Below the pieces are notes generated by a model. It was not told the origin of the DNA, did no database searches, and saw only the letters and a program-made list of their open reading frames with translations. DNA of 64,000 bases from positions 1 through 64,000 of the forward strand of contig DF237434.1 in the NCBI GenBank assembly GCA_000708835.1, read 5' to 3'. This DNA comes from Klebsormidium nitens. Lineage: Eukaryota; Plantae; Klebsormidiophyceae. A program made the translations under genes and the position numbers. Positions 26,347 through 40,000 of this stretch are shown piece by piece (within the stretch, counting starts at the first letter, position 1; the number at the start of each line of letters is the position of its first letter).

Positions 26347-29300
26347 TTGCTGCCAATGGTCTGTTTGCAAAGTGAACAAAGCGTTGTGCCACTCGCATGT
26401 GCAGGAGTAGCTTCCGCTACTTGTTGGGACCAACCATCATGTGGGGTGTGTATTGCAACTATGGACTACGTTGTTTCGTCTCTACAAAATATTGACCAGA
26501 CTGATACATCGCTCATCAATACAGCCGAGTGCAAAGGTGAGTTGCATTTGTATTTGTAGCACCAGATCCCAACACCGAATTCGAGGCTGTTGAACATGTC
26601 TAGGCGCCTGGTCTCTCCTGATCAATCTCAAGTATCATAGATCTTTAATCAGCAAGCTCTTCTTAGACTAGTTGAGCCGTTTTGGAAACTAATCTGATTG
26701 CACTTCGACTTGCAGAGCTTGCACAAATTGCTCTTGTGACTGCTGCATATCCTCTCACGCTCGCCAATAGCATTGCCACATGTCTATGGGGTAATCCTGT
26801 GGACTATCTTCCACAATCACCGTCATGTACCGATTTGGACTTCAACGTTCTGGATTGGTCGGCAGCATACAAGTCATGCGGGCCCACTGCATATCGAAGC
26901 GATTTATGCTGCGATATTATCTTCACGATGACAAGCATGTTCTGGTACGAGTATGCCAACCGGACCGGTATGCTCAATTTTGAGGTAAGGTGCGTTTGCT
27001 CTGTGAGAACTTGTCAACGTCTTTGTTGAAAGGTCCATGAAAAGTTACGGGTCTGCAAGGATTTTGAGCATTGTAAGGGCAAGCAGAATGTTGTCTTCAG
27101 CTTCTTTGAGGCATTTTGGTTGTGATGTGGCACTTTTCATGCTGATTGAACGGAACATGGCTCCCAAAAAGAGGTTCATTTCGTTTGAATGACGCTCATT
27201 GCGTGTCAGGTTTTGCAAGTGTTCCTTTTTCCTAGCCAGATTGTAGTGAAGATTTTAGACAAGATCTAAAGCTGAAGACTTTTTCTATCTCTCTTTTGCA
27301 GGGACAGGTTTTGGCTTGCAGCGCCCAATTCAAGGCAGAACTTGTTGCACACGGGTTGTCTGCGACTCTTTACAACCAATGTCAACTGACCAGCTTTATC
27401 TTCCTTTTTGCTCAGAGGTGCAAAAACTTTACATCGACTCCCGTGGTCCTTCGAGAACAGTTGAATGCAGTGTGTGATTCCAATCGATGCAACAAAACGG
27501 GCAGTTGTCCTTTAGTTTTTCAACAAGTCTACACAAGCATGGCAGGGCCTGGAGCAGATATATACACGCAAGGCTTGTGTGGCATATTTTCTGCCGTTAG
27601 TTGGTATGGTTCGCTAGGTTTATCAGAGATTCAGGAACGTATTCAGTGCTACAATGGCTTTCCGGATGAGCTTCAAATCCGCTACAGCGCTGCAAAATCT
27701 GGCGGACAAAGGAAAGCTCACAGAAGTAGGAAAAAGGTACTTGTTTTAAGTCTAACCTCCATACTAGCGCTTGGCAGCGTCCTAGCATTGGCCGTCCTTG
27801 GGGTCGTCATGTGGAGACGAGTATGGCGGAGGGCAGAGCACTCCCAATCAATGCAGGACGAAAGCATTTTTAGGGCGAAATTGTTGGCAAAGTCCAAAAG
27901 CCTGGAACCCTTGCAATGGTTCTCTCTGGGGGAGCTTGAAGCTGCAACAAAGAGTTTTGCAACTGAGCGATTGATTGGCGAGGGAGGATCCGGAAAGGTC
28001 TATTTAGGAGAGTTGTTGGATGGGACACGGGTTGCAATCAAGGAGATTGCAAAGCCATCTTCGATGCGAGGTACTGAGGTACGTCTTGGCAACCATACCT
28101 TGAACCAATGTGCTGAATGCGTTGATGAGATGCTTGAATCTATGTTTGGTTGTCAACTTGGATCATGGTTAAAAGATGGTTCAAGCCGGAACTTGTGCTT
28201 CTTAGTGACTTTATTCGTTTTCTGAGAAAGAGCATATTCGGGCAAGATATTGAAAACCAATGGCTCCACGGTCCACGGTATGAGGGCGACCTACGTGGTC
28301 CAAGTTTAATGTGAGTGATCTTCTGTTTGCGCAGGAGTTCATGACGGAGGTGACTTCGATGGGGTCTTGTAGACATCGGCATATTCTTGGTATCAAGGGC
28401 GTACATGCTTCAAACGACCACGCCATGTTGATCTATGAGTATATGCCTAACGGATCAATAGAAGACCATTTATTCGCTAGCGGGCCAATCTCCGCAAGGC
28501 CTGCGCGTTCTCTGGATTGGAAGCAGCGATTCCAGATCGCTTTGGGGACCGCTAAAGGGCTCATATATCTGCATGAGGTAGGTGGCAATTCCCTGTGTCC
28601 TCGACTTGGAGCGCCTTTATGGTCGCTGTGCTTAGCTTGTCTAGAAGTCTTGCTATTGTGTCGACCACTTGATGGGGCAATAGGTTGCATGTATTTCAGG
28701 TCAGCATCTTTTCGCTTGACTGTTTTATGTTGCTGGCGGAATTCAAGCGCTTATAGAAAACAGCTCGTGACACTTTTGGCAGGTCACGTCTAGTATATGC
28801 GAGGAGCAAGCCTGTGTGCCCTAATCGTACGTGGGCTGTGTTCAAGGTGCAAAACCAATGTTTCTTTTGCTGTACAGGATTGCAAGCCTCGCATCATCCA
28901 CCGGTAAGGACTCCAGCAAGTTTAAGTTGAAGGTTCTCGGCTTGCTATTGCCCTCAATCCTGGTTTAATTGAAGGCAAAGTCTTTCTGAGGAAGATCTTT
29001 CAATTATTGATGTCCTCAACTAATCAAGCCTGGACAGGGTATCTCTAGTAATTGGAACCGAATCCCTTTGAGCTACCAGTAAAATACGAAGTTTTCCTTT
29101 GTTGTGGCGCACTGTTTGCCTCATGACTTTCTTATGCAACGTCCTTGCAGGGACGTAAAACCGTCCAATATTCTCCTTGATAAGGAGCTAGAGGCGAAAG
29201 TTGCTGACTTTGGGGTAGCGAAGTTTGCAAGGGATGAGGACACGCATGTCTCTACCGGTGCGACCAACTATTCTTACTGTTTACTAATCGACATGCATTG

Positions 29301-30849
29301 CCAGCATTGTGATTTCGAAACAGTAGGTCAAGCTCGATGGAGAAAGGCTTCTAACGTTTGCAGTTTGTGTTTGGGCCTAGCTTAGGTAGATGGTTGCGTC
29401 ATTTTTCCCTTGCTAGCACCTTGCCAGTAACTGGTTGGTCCATTGTCAATGTAACTTGTGTAATGAGAAACGACTCGAGTGTGACCTGATTTTTCTCTTG
29501 ATTTGGAGTAAATTGCAAGTCAAAAGCCAACAATTTTGAATATCCATGTACCACTTTCTTTGACCTGACAGGGGTGAGAGGTACGTGGGGCTACTTGTCC
29601 CCTGAGGTAAGCGGGCCGGATGACATATCGTTTTGCGTTGTCTTCTGATACAAGTGCTCTGTGAGCCGTATGAATCTGCTCAATGTTGGATCCGGCTTGA
29701 TGCTAGATTACCAATTCTTATACACAATACATGCCACGGCTGCTTGTTTACTTGATGAAGTCGTATCTCTCTATCTTACCACCTTCGACTCTAGCCTTCG
29801 ATTCTTGCTTTCGAGAGCATGGGCATGGTTGCTTACGGTGCCCCACTTGCAACCTGAACAGTATGTTGCGACTGGGCAAGTCTCCGAGAAGTCCGACGTG
29901 TACGCCTTTGGGGTCGTCCTGTTGTGCTTGGTGACAGGCCGACGACCAACCGACTCCTCTAGGAACGATGAAGAGGTAAGCAGTCAATCGTGTCACCCTT
30001 ATTGTACCATCTCGACTTGCAAGCCTCACGACTTTGACCCATCCTCTCGAGCGTCATCATCATCCTAATTTAAACCCTCAATATTGAATTGAGGATCTTT
30101 GTACTTTCGGTTAATAGGGGTCTGTGCAAGCTAGGACTCAAGTCTTCATGTCTATCTACATATTGTCTTGTGCCCCTCATCCAGGTATTCTTGACGGAGT
30201 GGGCTTGGACCGTGGCTAGCGGGGGCGACCTTCTAAGCCTTGTTGATCCAGCCCTGAGGACATCTGTGGACGAGCACAAATCTAGCATGCTGGCTGCGCT
30301 GCAAGTAAGTTTAGAACGCGTGGGCAATGGAGGGTGTCAGGACACAGCACACAACTTGCAAAGGTAGCAACATGTCGAATGAAAGGCAATCGCTTAGGAG
30401 ATCAGATTTTGATGTCGTGTGGAATCCATCGTTCCTAAGACTTTGTGATGGCTCTCTATTGCCAGTGATGCCTGGCAGCCTCGTTTGCATCTCCATTGCT
30501 CACTTTTCCCACCGCTTGCTTGGTCAGACTGATTTTTGGGACAGTCTGATTGCAAATGCTTCAAGGAATCCTTTGAATGTCAAAGTTGAAGATAAATTGA
30601 AAAGGCAAAACAGCACACGAGATTCTTCAACGATTGCAGGTGGCTCTCCGTTGTGTCCACACGGTAGTCACTCTGCGGCCAACCATGCGGGAGTGTCTCG
30701 CAATGCTCTCTGAGCAAATGGATCTACCACCGTTGCCGCCTCCGCCTGCAACTTTGTTCACCGTGTCGTCTGGTCGTACTGGTAACACGTCCTGGTCCGA
30801 AGTCACAAAGAGTTCGAGTGTCCTTAGCACTTTATTGGTTGAGAAGTAG
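26347..30849 (+). CDS. Receptor-like Ser/Thr kinase with Cys-rich SPARK-type ectodomain (RKF3/URK-2-like)
   Basis: Exons about 26347-26536, 26716-26984 ([15 protein letters not shown]), 27302-28078 (TM helix, [13 protein letters not shown]), 28335-28577, 28878-28903, 29151-29257 ([15 protein letters not shown]), 29572-29606 (GTWGYLSPE), 29862-29975, 30185-30304 and 30640-30849. The kinase call is secure, the SPARK assignment is by eye, and the 5' end is uncertain. Confidence 0.88.
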
Positions 30850-31477
30850 GCCAGCACGTAGGAAAACCTCCGAATGTTTTGGCCATGCTCGAAGCTAGCA
30901 GTTAATTTATTGTGTCGACTATTCATACAAGCATGCTTTTGCTTATGTAAAGACAACAAAGTTCTAGATTTAGAGCGCGCTTCAAGTCAAAGAGAGAAAA
31001 CCCTTCAGTTAGAAGAGCTCGCGAACATTTCAGCCTTGAATTAGGCGATAACGCAACTCCAGCTCAAGTTTATTTCGATCTTGCTTGTGGATATGGTGTC
31101 TGTCAAGATCGTCGTCTGCGATCTGAAAGCGTATGTCAGGGGTCCCATGTACTAACCATGTTACTGAGCTTCGTGCATAGATATGCAAGAAGCATGTAGA
31201 TCAAATTATTGATAGAGTTTTGTTGTCACGCCTCATGCCGTGCGCGAGCTGTGTGTATAGAAGCAACACTGATCCGGCAATCAAGCCCCCATCATGTAAG
31301 ACAATCTGATGGTCTTTCATGTGTGATTTCAATAACAGACGGTGCTGTTAGGGAACAGCGGAATGCCTGACACTACACTTTGTCACAGAATGTTGACGAG
31401 CAACTTGAGTCTCTTTCACGACACTGAGCCACCCATACTTTTAGTATTCCCTGAAGCACAAACACAGCTTAGAGGCT

Positions 31478-34400
31478 TCATTCGTCTTCAGAATCGGGTC
31501 CGACACCTTCAACGATCAATTGATGAAGGTCCTGGCATGCTTGCAAAGTACTAGCTACTGCATCTTCATAGCCCGCACTCGCGCCTCCTTCCACTGCTTC
31601 GTGTATGATGTCGTCAACGTTGTTCACTTTCTCCTCAATCACAGTTGTCCTCTTCCGTAGAGACGCAATCTCTTGGGGGGGATACAGGCACGCGCCGAGC
31701 TCCTCTACTTGCAAGCAGATTTCACTGCAGGAACACACAATCGAATGATCCTCGAATCAGACGCCAAAACAACAATCATTTGACCGCTCTTTGAAATGAC
31801 GTCCTCATCAGGAGCATCACAAGAAGCCATGACCGATGGCCTTCCTTAAATTACTCTCTTGGATGCCGTTTCAACTTCTGTGGTAAGAACCCACGCCCAA
31901 AAGTATGCGAGTCTGGTCTGACCAGTCTATGCTGAGGGAGGAGGAGGCCTGGCAGAATCTATGATCAAATTGAAGCGCTGACTTCTCAGTTCAAGACGCT
32001 TTTCATAAACGAGGGCCCTCAGTAGGCTCGCACTTAGTCAAAGACGTCCACAACAACAGTCGAGACCAGCAGGGAGGGGTCTTATGCCCCGTCGATGACT
32101 GAAACGTGGTCATCAGCGAATTCGGTTCCTCAAGACTCGTCTACGCATTTGCGACATTGCACCGAGCCAGCATCGCTTGCAGCAGAACCCCCGAAACGCC
32201 AGAGTCAGCATGCCTCATCTCTTTGGCCTCAACTTATCAAAGTGCCACAGCTGCACGCCTATGCACCCTAAACTTCAGAATAAGTCCCCCATGAAGACTA
32301 GAATCGTTGCTGAAGGTCACCAAAACCAAAGCAAAAATTGCTCGGACGCTGAGATGACCCCCTCGATTGCAGTCTCCGTGACAGATTCTCCAAAATATTC
32401 ACGCCGCGTCCGGCTCTCCACAAGCCATTCCGCTTGTCCCTGACGCGAACGTTTCGACCAAATCAACGACCGTTCGGACAAAGCTGCGACCCCGCCCAGG
32501 AAAACCTCACCTGCAGTTCCCATGCAGCATCTCCAGCACAGTCAGCGCCGCATTCTTGGCACCCTTGACAACGAGACGCTGCACTCCACCTCCCCAGACA
32601 GGCATGGTTCCGCACGTTGCTGAAATTCAGCGCTTCCCCAACAAGAACAGTCCAAACAAGAAACGCAGTCGCCCCCACCTGCAGTCCCCGTGCACCATCT
32701 CCAAAACGTTCAGCGCCGCGTCCTATGCCCCCTTCCAGCTAGAAAAAGCACAATCGTTCAGACGCGAATGTATTACCTGTGAAATGACCCTCACCTGCAG
32801 TCGCCATGCAGCATTTCCAGCACATTCAGCGCCGCGTCCTTGCTCCAGTCCGGTGGGGGCGCCCACTTGGCCACGACGTACAGCAGCTGTTTCAGCAGCG
32901 CAAGCACGCCCTCCGCTACTAGCACCGCCGCACGCACCAGCTCCATATCTTCCGCGTCGAACTCGGGGTTGTAGTCCAGGATCTCGGCCATGTCCCCCAA
33001 ATCGTCTGGCAGGCTCAATGCGCCCCTGTCGTTCGATTCCGTCTTTTGGTCCCCCCCCTGAGGTTCGGTCGTCTTTCCCCCCGTATGCGGGGCTTCGGCT
33101 ATTCCCCCCGCTTGCGACTCTTCGCTTCTCGGTAACGTCTCAAACGAGGCTGAGGCTTCGTTTTCTCGCGACGCCGTCGCTTCTGCCCCGTCTCGAGCCT
33201 TTCCGACTCTCAGCCCCTCCTGCGACGCTGTCGTTTCCCCCCGACCTTGTGATACGTTCCTATCTTCTGATGACCCAGCTTTCGTCCCCCGGTCCGATGA
33301 CATCCCCGCCTTCCCCTCTTCTACGTTAGGATCCCCGCTGCCAGCTCTGCTTGGTGTTTCCGAACCAGCCTTGCCATTCGTTTGACTGGAACTCGTCGAA
33401 CTTCGGATGGCCGAGTCCCCCAAGTGCATCCGCTTCAAACCGTCCCCCAAAACGCTTGTTGCGTCGCGACTCTGCCCGTTCGATACCGCCGACTGGCCAG
33501 TGAGAGACGCCCCCGATGCGCCCCCCTTCGAAGCACTCGCCTCGCTGCTCGTGGTCGCCCTGCCCTCCAACGCCATACCCCCACCTAGACCTTCTCTCTC
33601 GCTCGCACTCTCACCCCCCTTATCGTGATAATCCGCCTGCCCCTGACTGCGCGTCGCACACTTTTCACCCTCCTCAAGCCGCGCCCCTTCCCTATCGCTC
33701 TGACCTTTTGTCTTTTCCTTCATTGCCCCCCCCTCCCCCCTCTCGGGCTGTGCCCCTTCCTTTCCGCTCTCCCCCCCATTTTGACCGCTGGTCGTTTCCT
33801 TCATTTCCCCCATCTCCCGCAGCGTGTCTTTGACAGTTGCCGCCAGCAGCGCAAGCCCCCTGCCCACCGCGACCTGGTTACTCGTCGGGGCCTTCTTAAC
33901 CGCCTCGCAGGTTTCCCAAACCCGGCCCGCGAGCTTTGGCAGCGCAGAGGCCCTGTCTTCGGCGGTGGCGCCACGCTGGAAGAGGTCGATGCAGCCCTCC
34001 AGAAGCTGGGCTGAGGCCTGTCACAAAAACGCAGTCTGAGTATTCTTCTGACCTAACCCGAAAACCGAGTATCTAGGCAGATAACTTAGAAGGGTCGATC
34101 AAAAGTTTTGTCTTCGGCGATGGCGCCTCGCTGGAAGAGGCAGATGCAGCCCTCCAGGAGATGGCCGCAGCCTGGCAGGAAAGTGCAGAGTCTGAAGTAT
34201 GAAATTTCAGCTAACAGAAAGGGCCTGATCGGAAGCTGCGCAACTCTTGAGCCACTTCATTTGCTCCACATTGTGCAGCGGGGTTTTCCGGTCCTGGAGG
34301 GCGAAACAGAACCCCCCATGTTGGATGAATCATGGCTGTACGACAGAGAGGCTGCGGGAAGCTTAGAAAAGGGGTGACGTCAGACAGGCTCGCCGTTTCA

Positions 34401-36113
34401 TGGCAGCGTCAGATTGAGAACCACTACGGAAACAAACCGTTGAAAGTTGAAACAAACTATTGAAATTGGAGGTCAAATCAGTGGGCTTGCGGGATACAGT
34501 GGCAGACGACATTGACCGGTTGATTGGCGCACACGCTTTGCCTTCAGCCGGTGGCACGTTGCTCAGAGGTTGAACAGCTTCTAGGAAGCTGGACCGCAGC
34601 CCGGCACAAGACCGCAGTCTGAGTTTGATGCAGAAAGTGGTCACATCTAGCTTGGAGAGAATCTGGAGTAGGCACACACAAAGCGACAGCTCCTGACATC
34701 TGTGACCAGGGTAACACAGCGAGTTTACCTAATCCCCCTCATCTCTCACCAATCAGTGCCAACTTGATCAACACCAATCAGCTGCGAAATGAAGACTGAG
34801 AGATTTCACAGAGACTGAGAAATGTTAACGGGCAACTGTAATCCTGAACGAGGAATACAGCCATTCTCGATAACAAAGCAGCAGTCTCAGATCTCAAACA
34901 GCTTCCTCACATCTGCAGTAGCGGTGGCCCTGATGCTGCAAGGAGAGTCGGCCCCGCCCCACAGACCAAGAACTGTTCAGAATACGCTCGGGGAAATAGG
35001 TATGGTCTGAGTCACCCGTCAAACATCTCTCCAGATATCGTTTGTCCGTAGGAACGCAGAAACGGTCTTTTGAACTTTTCAAACTCTCCAACACACCTCA
35101 ACAACTGCGGTTGCGGTGGCCCTGATTGCAGCCAGGAGCGTCGGCCCCGCCCCCGCCGTGAAGCCGTGGCAAACAGTGACGAAGGCAGAGACGGCTTGCA
35201 GGAGGACGTTGAGTAGCAGGAGCCCGTCTTCTTTGTCGACTTCACCCGACCATGCCATCGCGGCTGCAACAACGTTAGCAGTATATGCCCTGTCAGAACT
35301 CAAACAAGTCTGCAATTTCCCCGCTTCTTGACCACTGCTCAGGTCTACTTTTTCACCCCCAAAGTAGCACCTGCCACCCCAAAACCTTGTGACTAAGGCC
35401 CTCCCACTGCCAACTGTCATCAGAGAGAGGCTGTTGCGGGTAGCTTCCCTTTGTCCTCGCTCCGGTCTTGGGGGGCTTGTCATGGGCTCATCTGAATGTG
35501 AGGGCTCCGACGATCCTACAACAGCCATAGCCATGATGATAAAGGCAAGCTCTCTTGTGCTTGCGAGTCACACCACCCTTGATTTCACAGAGGAGACATG
35601 ATCACAAGCTCTCTCGATGGCTTGTCAACGCACACCACCTTTGCTTTCGTTGAGTCGGCGGGAGACTGCAATGACTGGAGGTACTGGAAATGGTTGCTGC
35701 CAATACGCAGCAGTTTCTCATGTCATCAATCAAACAATCTTTCAGCAGGCTGATGCAGACCGGTCTCAAAGTCACATTGACCAGATTAGACTACGGACCT
35801 GACTACTTAACCGCTGGCCTTTCCCAACCTTGCGCCCTATCAGCATTGAGAAGCACCAGAACCCACACCCCAGAATTGGAAGACCCCAAGAATGCAGGAA
35901 CCCGTGCACTAACCAACTTCAACGAAACCTACTTTTTGTGGCTTCTTTGGAAACCATGTGCGCTGCGGCCAACAGCTCGTTCCTGGTGACCTTCTCTCCG
36001 ACCCCTTCCACAGCGGCAACTGTCAGCAGCTTCAATTGTTCCCGCATCATCAAAGGGCCTTTCACTTTCATCCGCGCGAGGACCGCCTCAAAAGTCTCCT
36101 CCTTCTTTCCCAT
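31478..36113 (-). CDS. GCIP / cyclin-D1-binding protein 1 family protein
   Basis: In-phase exons 36113-about 35934 (EKVTRNELLAAAHMVSKEATK), 35263-35097 (HGFTAGAGPTL), 34017-32795 (GRVWETCEAVKKAP, plus a long low-complexity insert) and 31724-31478 (EELGACLYPPQE). Motifs match the recalled plant GCIP family. Confidence 0.8.
32507..32845 (-). repeat. Three copies of the GCIP exon-3 end plus donor
   Basis: GCATGGCGACTGCAG|GTGAG is the real donor (exon ends at 32795). Copies are GCACGGGGACTGCAG|GTGGG (about 32678) and GCATGGGAACTGCAG|GTGAG (about 32511). Confidence 0.85.
33950..34175 (-). repeat. Duplicated GCIP acceptor plus exon-3 start
   Basis: tgtcttcggcgRtggcgccWcgctggaagagg..gatgcagccctccagRag occurs at 33954-34003 (exon) and 34109-34160 (intron). 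Confidence 0.85.
34900..35160 (-). repeat. Duplicated GCIP exon-2 end
   Basis: gcggtggccctgat...ggagNgtcggccccgcccc occurs at about 35113-35155 (exon) and about 34921-34960 (intron). Confidence 0.8.
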
Positions 36114-37007
36114 ACTGGGCTGCCAAGAAGACCCGGCAAAAGCGGCTCTGAATGTTTCCTTCTCCGTTGTTCTTTCAGTTGTACTCCCGGATAAGCAAAC
36201 TTCGAATCACCAAAATACTACCTTTCCGACCGAGCAATGCTCTGATGACAAGTGGTGCTCCTTGGGCGCGTCCAAGAGTGTACATCACCTGCGTTCACGA
36301 AACCTGGAAAAGCAGGACAATGAGCGCCCCAGTATCCTTAGGGCCCAAGACGTCTTGAAGGTGTTGAAAATTCAGCATGGGACAAAGTTGGGAGCAGTTG
36401 AAGGGGTGCTGACCGACTCGAAGTTCCAAATTCCGTTTCCAAACTGTGCAGTGAACTTTCACCGTCACTGACATCAGCATTGAGCTGCAGACCAGCCGAT
36501 GTTGCAAATTCCAGTGGCACAGAAGTCGCTCTGGGTCTGGGGGGGCCAGAAAGCTGCGACTTTTTGATGGCATTGAAAGACAGCTGTTGAAGGCTGGCAT
36601 GCTGTCGCAGAACAGCATCAAAGTGAAAGCTCAACTTTTCTAAAGGTGGTGGTAGAAGCATTTTGATTCATCACAGCATTGCAATCAGCATTCATTCAGA
36701 AAGCGTACCCTGCCAAAACTGCGATTGTTTGTGAGGGCTTCTTGAGATCAGGCGGGGGTCAAAGGGCTCTCCAGAGTGGCATAACCAATTGCTACTTGCT
36801 CGTTTGAAGCATCATTCTGCGATGGCTCTTTTTAAAAGTTGGAGCCATGTGAATCAACAGTGGTGCATGACCTTGTAAAGTCGCATCCACTTTGTTCTTG
36901 CACCACCAAACTCACCATCATGCACCGCTAGTTATGCACCACAAAGTTCTTCCCTGAGAATCTGTCAGGATCCACAGCTATCAGATCACTTCACACCTTC
37001 GGAGAGG

Positions 37008-40000
37008 ATGGCAGCTAGAGGGATCCTGGGACCAGGAATTGTTCCGACAATAATGGGAGCGAAGGCCGGTCATGCAGAGCCTCGTGCTGCTGAGCAGCGG
37101 GGACCCATCTTGAAGATCATGAAAGATGAGAGTGCTCTGAAGAGCAAGGCTGGGCCGATCGGCAGCCTGAAGATCATTGATGACAAGTGGGAACACACTG
37201 GGGAGAAAGTCAACCAGGTGCGTCTGTGTTGGCGAATGCTTTTGGGGGGACTGGGATGATTGTCATTCATCGGAAAGGATACTCAGAAGCCACCTGAGAA
37301 TTGCTTCTGGAGCTGTGGCAGATTCTGGAGGGAAGAACTTGGACTGCCATAGCTGTACACTTGGTCCGCTCATCCTGCTTTTTCAGTGAAGGTCTTTGTG
37401 GCTAGATCAGGCCACGGGAAATGCACCACTCCACTCATCCAATCAGAGAATTGCCAGTGATTATGCCACAGGTATGGAGTTCCTATGGCCTCTTTTTACG
37501 ACACTTGCGCTTGCGCAGAGTTCTTTGAGGGGCTCCGTATCACCTTAAACATACCCGTTCATCTGACCACCTATATTCGATTCTTCATTCCTTCCTTCCT
37601 TCCCCACTTTCTCTCCAAGGGCTCCTTCGCTTGTTCCCTGTCTGTCCAAATTCAAATGAACTCCCCGTTCCTTCGCTTCTTCAGTTCTTATCCGAAAGCA
37701 ACGTTGACTACCAAGTCATTGGAGTCCTGGGAGCCCCAGGCGTTGGAAAGAGCACCATTCTGAACGCCCTATACGGTCTGGCTTCAGATCATCCAAGCAT
37801 AGTGGCAGGCCGTACCCCGCCGCCCTTTGCGGTGCAGTCTGAGGAGGCGAGAATGTTGGCGAGGCATAGTTCTAGCGGGGTGGAAATGCGGGCAACTGCA
37901 GAGAGGCTCGTCCTGCTGGACTCACAGGTGAGGTTTGAATGGAAAATGAGTCGGTCTATCTAACGTTGCTCTCGTGTTCCTAGAGCCTTCGATGCCCGGG
38001 AAATTTGCCACGATGGTGCGTGCTGCAAAACTCGGAAGAAGGTGATGCGAGCGCTCTTGATTTGTACCTGACACTTTTAAATACCTGGTCTAAGTTACCA
38101 TCTCTTCAAAATTGACCAGTCAGCCCATTTGGCTCGATGAACCTGTCAATTTCTCAGTGTCCAGAACCTCTCAAGTTTCATCTCACTCGCTTCCAACTCG
38201 ATCAAGAGCCCACCTACGGTTCACTTTTTTCCTCGGCCTGTACATTGTAACCTGAGTCTCTTAATCCCTCCTCTTGAGGCACGTCTTGAGCCCCTTTTTT
38301 CACTGAAAGCCGGTTGTTGTCTGCGATCTCATTCCCCAGTAGTTGGTTACCCCTTCTCCGTCTTCCCCAAGACAAACACTCGCAGAGCATTTTTTGTGTT
38401 TAGTCCTTCCTCTTGCAGCCTCGTCAGCCTCTATGGCCATATATCTCACCTTAAGAACCACCTGCCACTGAGGGGCGGCTGTCTTTCCGTCGTTTTTGCA
38501 AGAGCATATCCAAAGGGATCCACGAAGGACAAACCTCTAGATCGGTGCACTCTTTTCGTTTTCCGCAGCTCTTCTCCAGCCCCGCCGTTCTTACATATCA
38601 CCCGCCTCTAGCGTCTACGAAGATTCATACATTTGAAGCACTCCACTTTACCTCTTTCATCCGGTCATTTGTCGAACGACGAAATTCTGCGTCAAAGTGC
38701 TCTCTTCTGCTATGCAGCCCGTCTTCAGCCCCTCCGTTCTCGTGCACATGACCGCCCCTATCTTCTCTTTCAAAGACACTTCAATCCCCAACCCACCTTT
38801 ACGCACCTTAATTTGTCCAACTTTCTAAAATCGACAAACGGTGAGGTCGGCGCGTTTTTTTGGCTTTTGCAGCTTTTCTTCGGCCCCTCCGTTCACCCTC
38901 CTCTTGCGTCTTTTTCATTCTTAGTCAAACTCTTACATGCTAATTGCTCCTCTTGATCCTTCTCATCCGGCTTCATACAAACGACAGATTGTCAGGTCAA
39001 AGGGCTCTTCACTTATTTCTTAGCCCGTTCTTTGCCCATACGCTCTCATAGATATCTTCCGCTCCAACCGTCTTTGAAGCCACCTTAATTTAGCTCCGGC
39101 TGTATCATATTCTCATCGGTCCACTTATCTATGAAGGACTAATTTTTTGAAGAGCGCTCTCTCTATTTTAGCAGCCCGTTTTAGCCCCTCCATTCTGACA
39201 GACATTCTCGCCTCGACCGTCTCTTTCCAGCAATTGTTTGTCTCTCCTCCGGCTTTTCACGAACGACAATCCTCCGAAGCAGAGCGCTCTCTTCTGCTTT
39301 CGCAGCCTCTTAAGCCCCTCTGTTCTCACAAGTGTCCGCCTCTACTGTATAATTTTGTATTGAGAGCGTCCGTAACATTACTCTCGTTCGTCCAGCTTGT
39401 TGGAGGAACAAATTTCTATGCCAAATTCCTCTCTTCTGCTTTCGCAGCCCGTCTTCAGCCCCTCCGTTCACAATGTTATCAACCCCGCCTCTAGTGTCTA
39501 CTTCGGTGGCAATAACGTATCTTCGCGCCTCTTGATTCCAATCATCCGGCCTTTTTTGAACAACAGTTTTCTTAATCAGACCGCCTATTGTGCTTTTGCA
39601 GCCCGTCTTCAGCCCCTCCGTTCTCACTGACATCACCCGCCCCGACGGCTCCTCATCTGTGACTCCATTTCCGGGGGATCCCCCCGCAGCGGAGCTTGCG
39701 CTTGAAGCCATGGCGCTGCAGCAGGCCGTCTTTCTCCTCTCGGTGTGCCACGTCATCATCGTCGTCAGCGAGGGACTAGAGGACCGCCGGCTGTGGGAGC
39801 TGCTGCATGCGGTGAGAAGCTGACACCTGTCTTAATGCCACGTGTCTTATTTCCTTTGTCCTCTCCCATGCCAGGGTTCAGAGTACAGCAGGCGATGAGA
39901 GCACCCGTCCCCGAACCGACGCTGACCCAAGCATGCTTCTGACGGGGGCGTTTGCTGACGTCAAACTCAAGACACGTGTTTGAATTCCCATCGGCGTCGG

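Noticed and set aside
38400-39660. About 150-bp period as a nucleosome signal or CRISPR-like array
   Set aside because: Other arrays have periods of about 20, 113 and 125 bp. The units are degenerate along their whole length, with no constant-repeat/unique-spacer structure and no cas genes.
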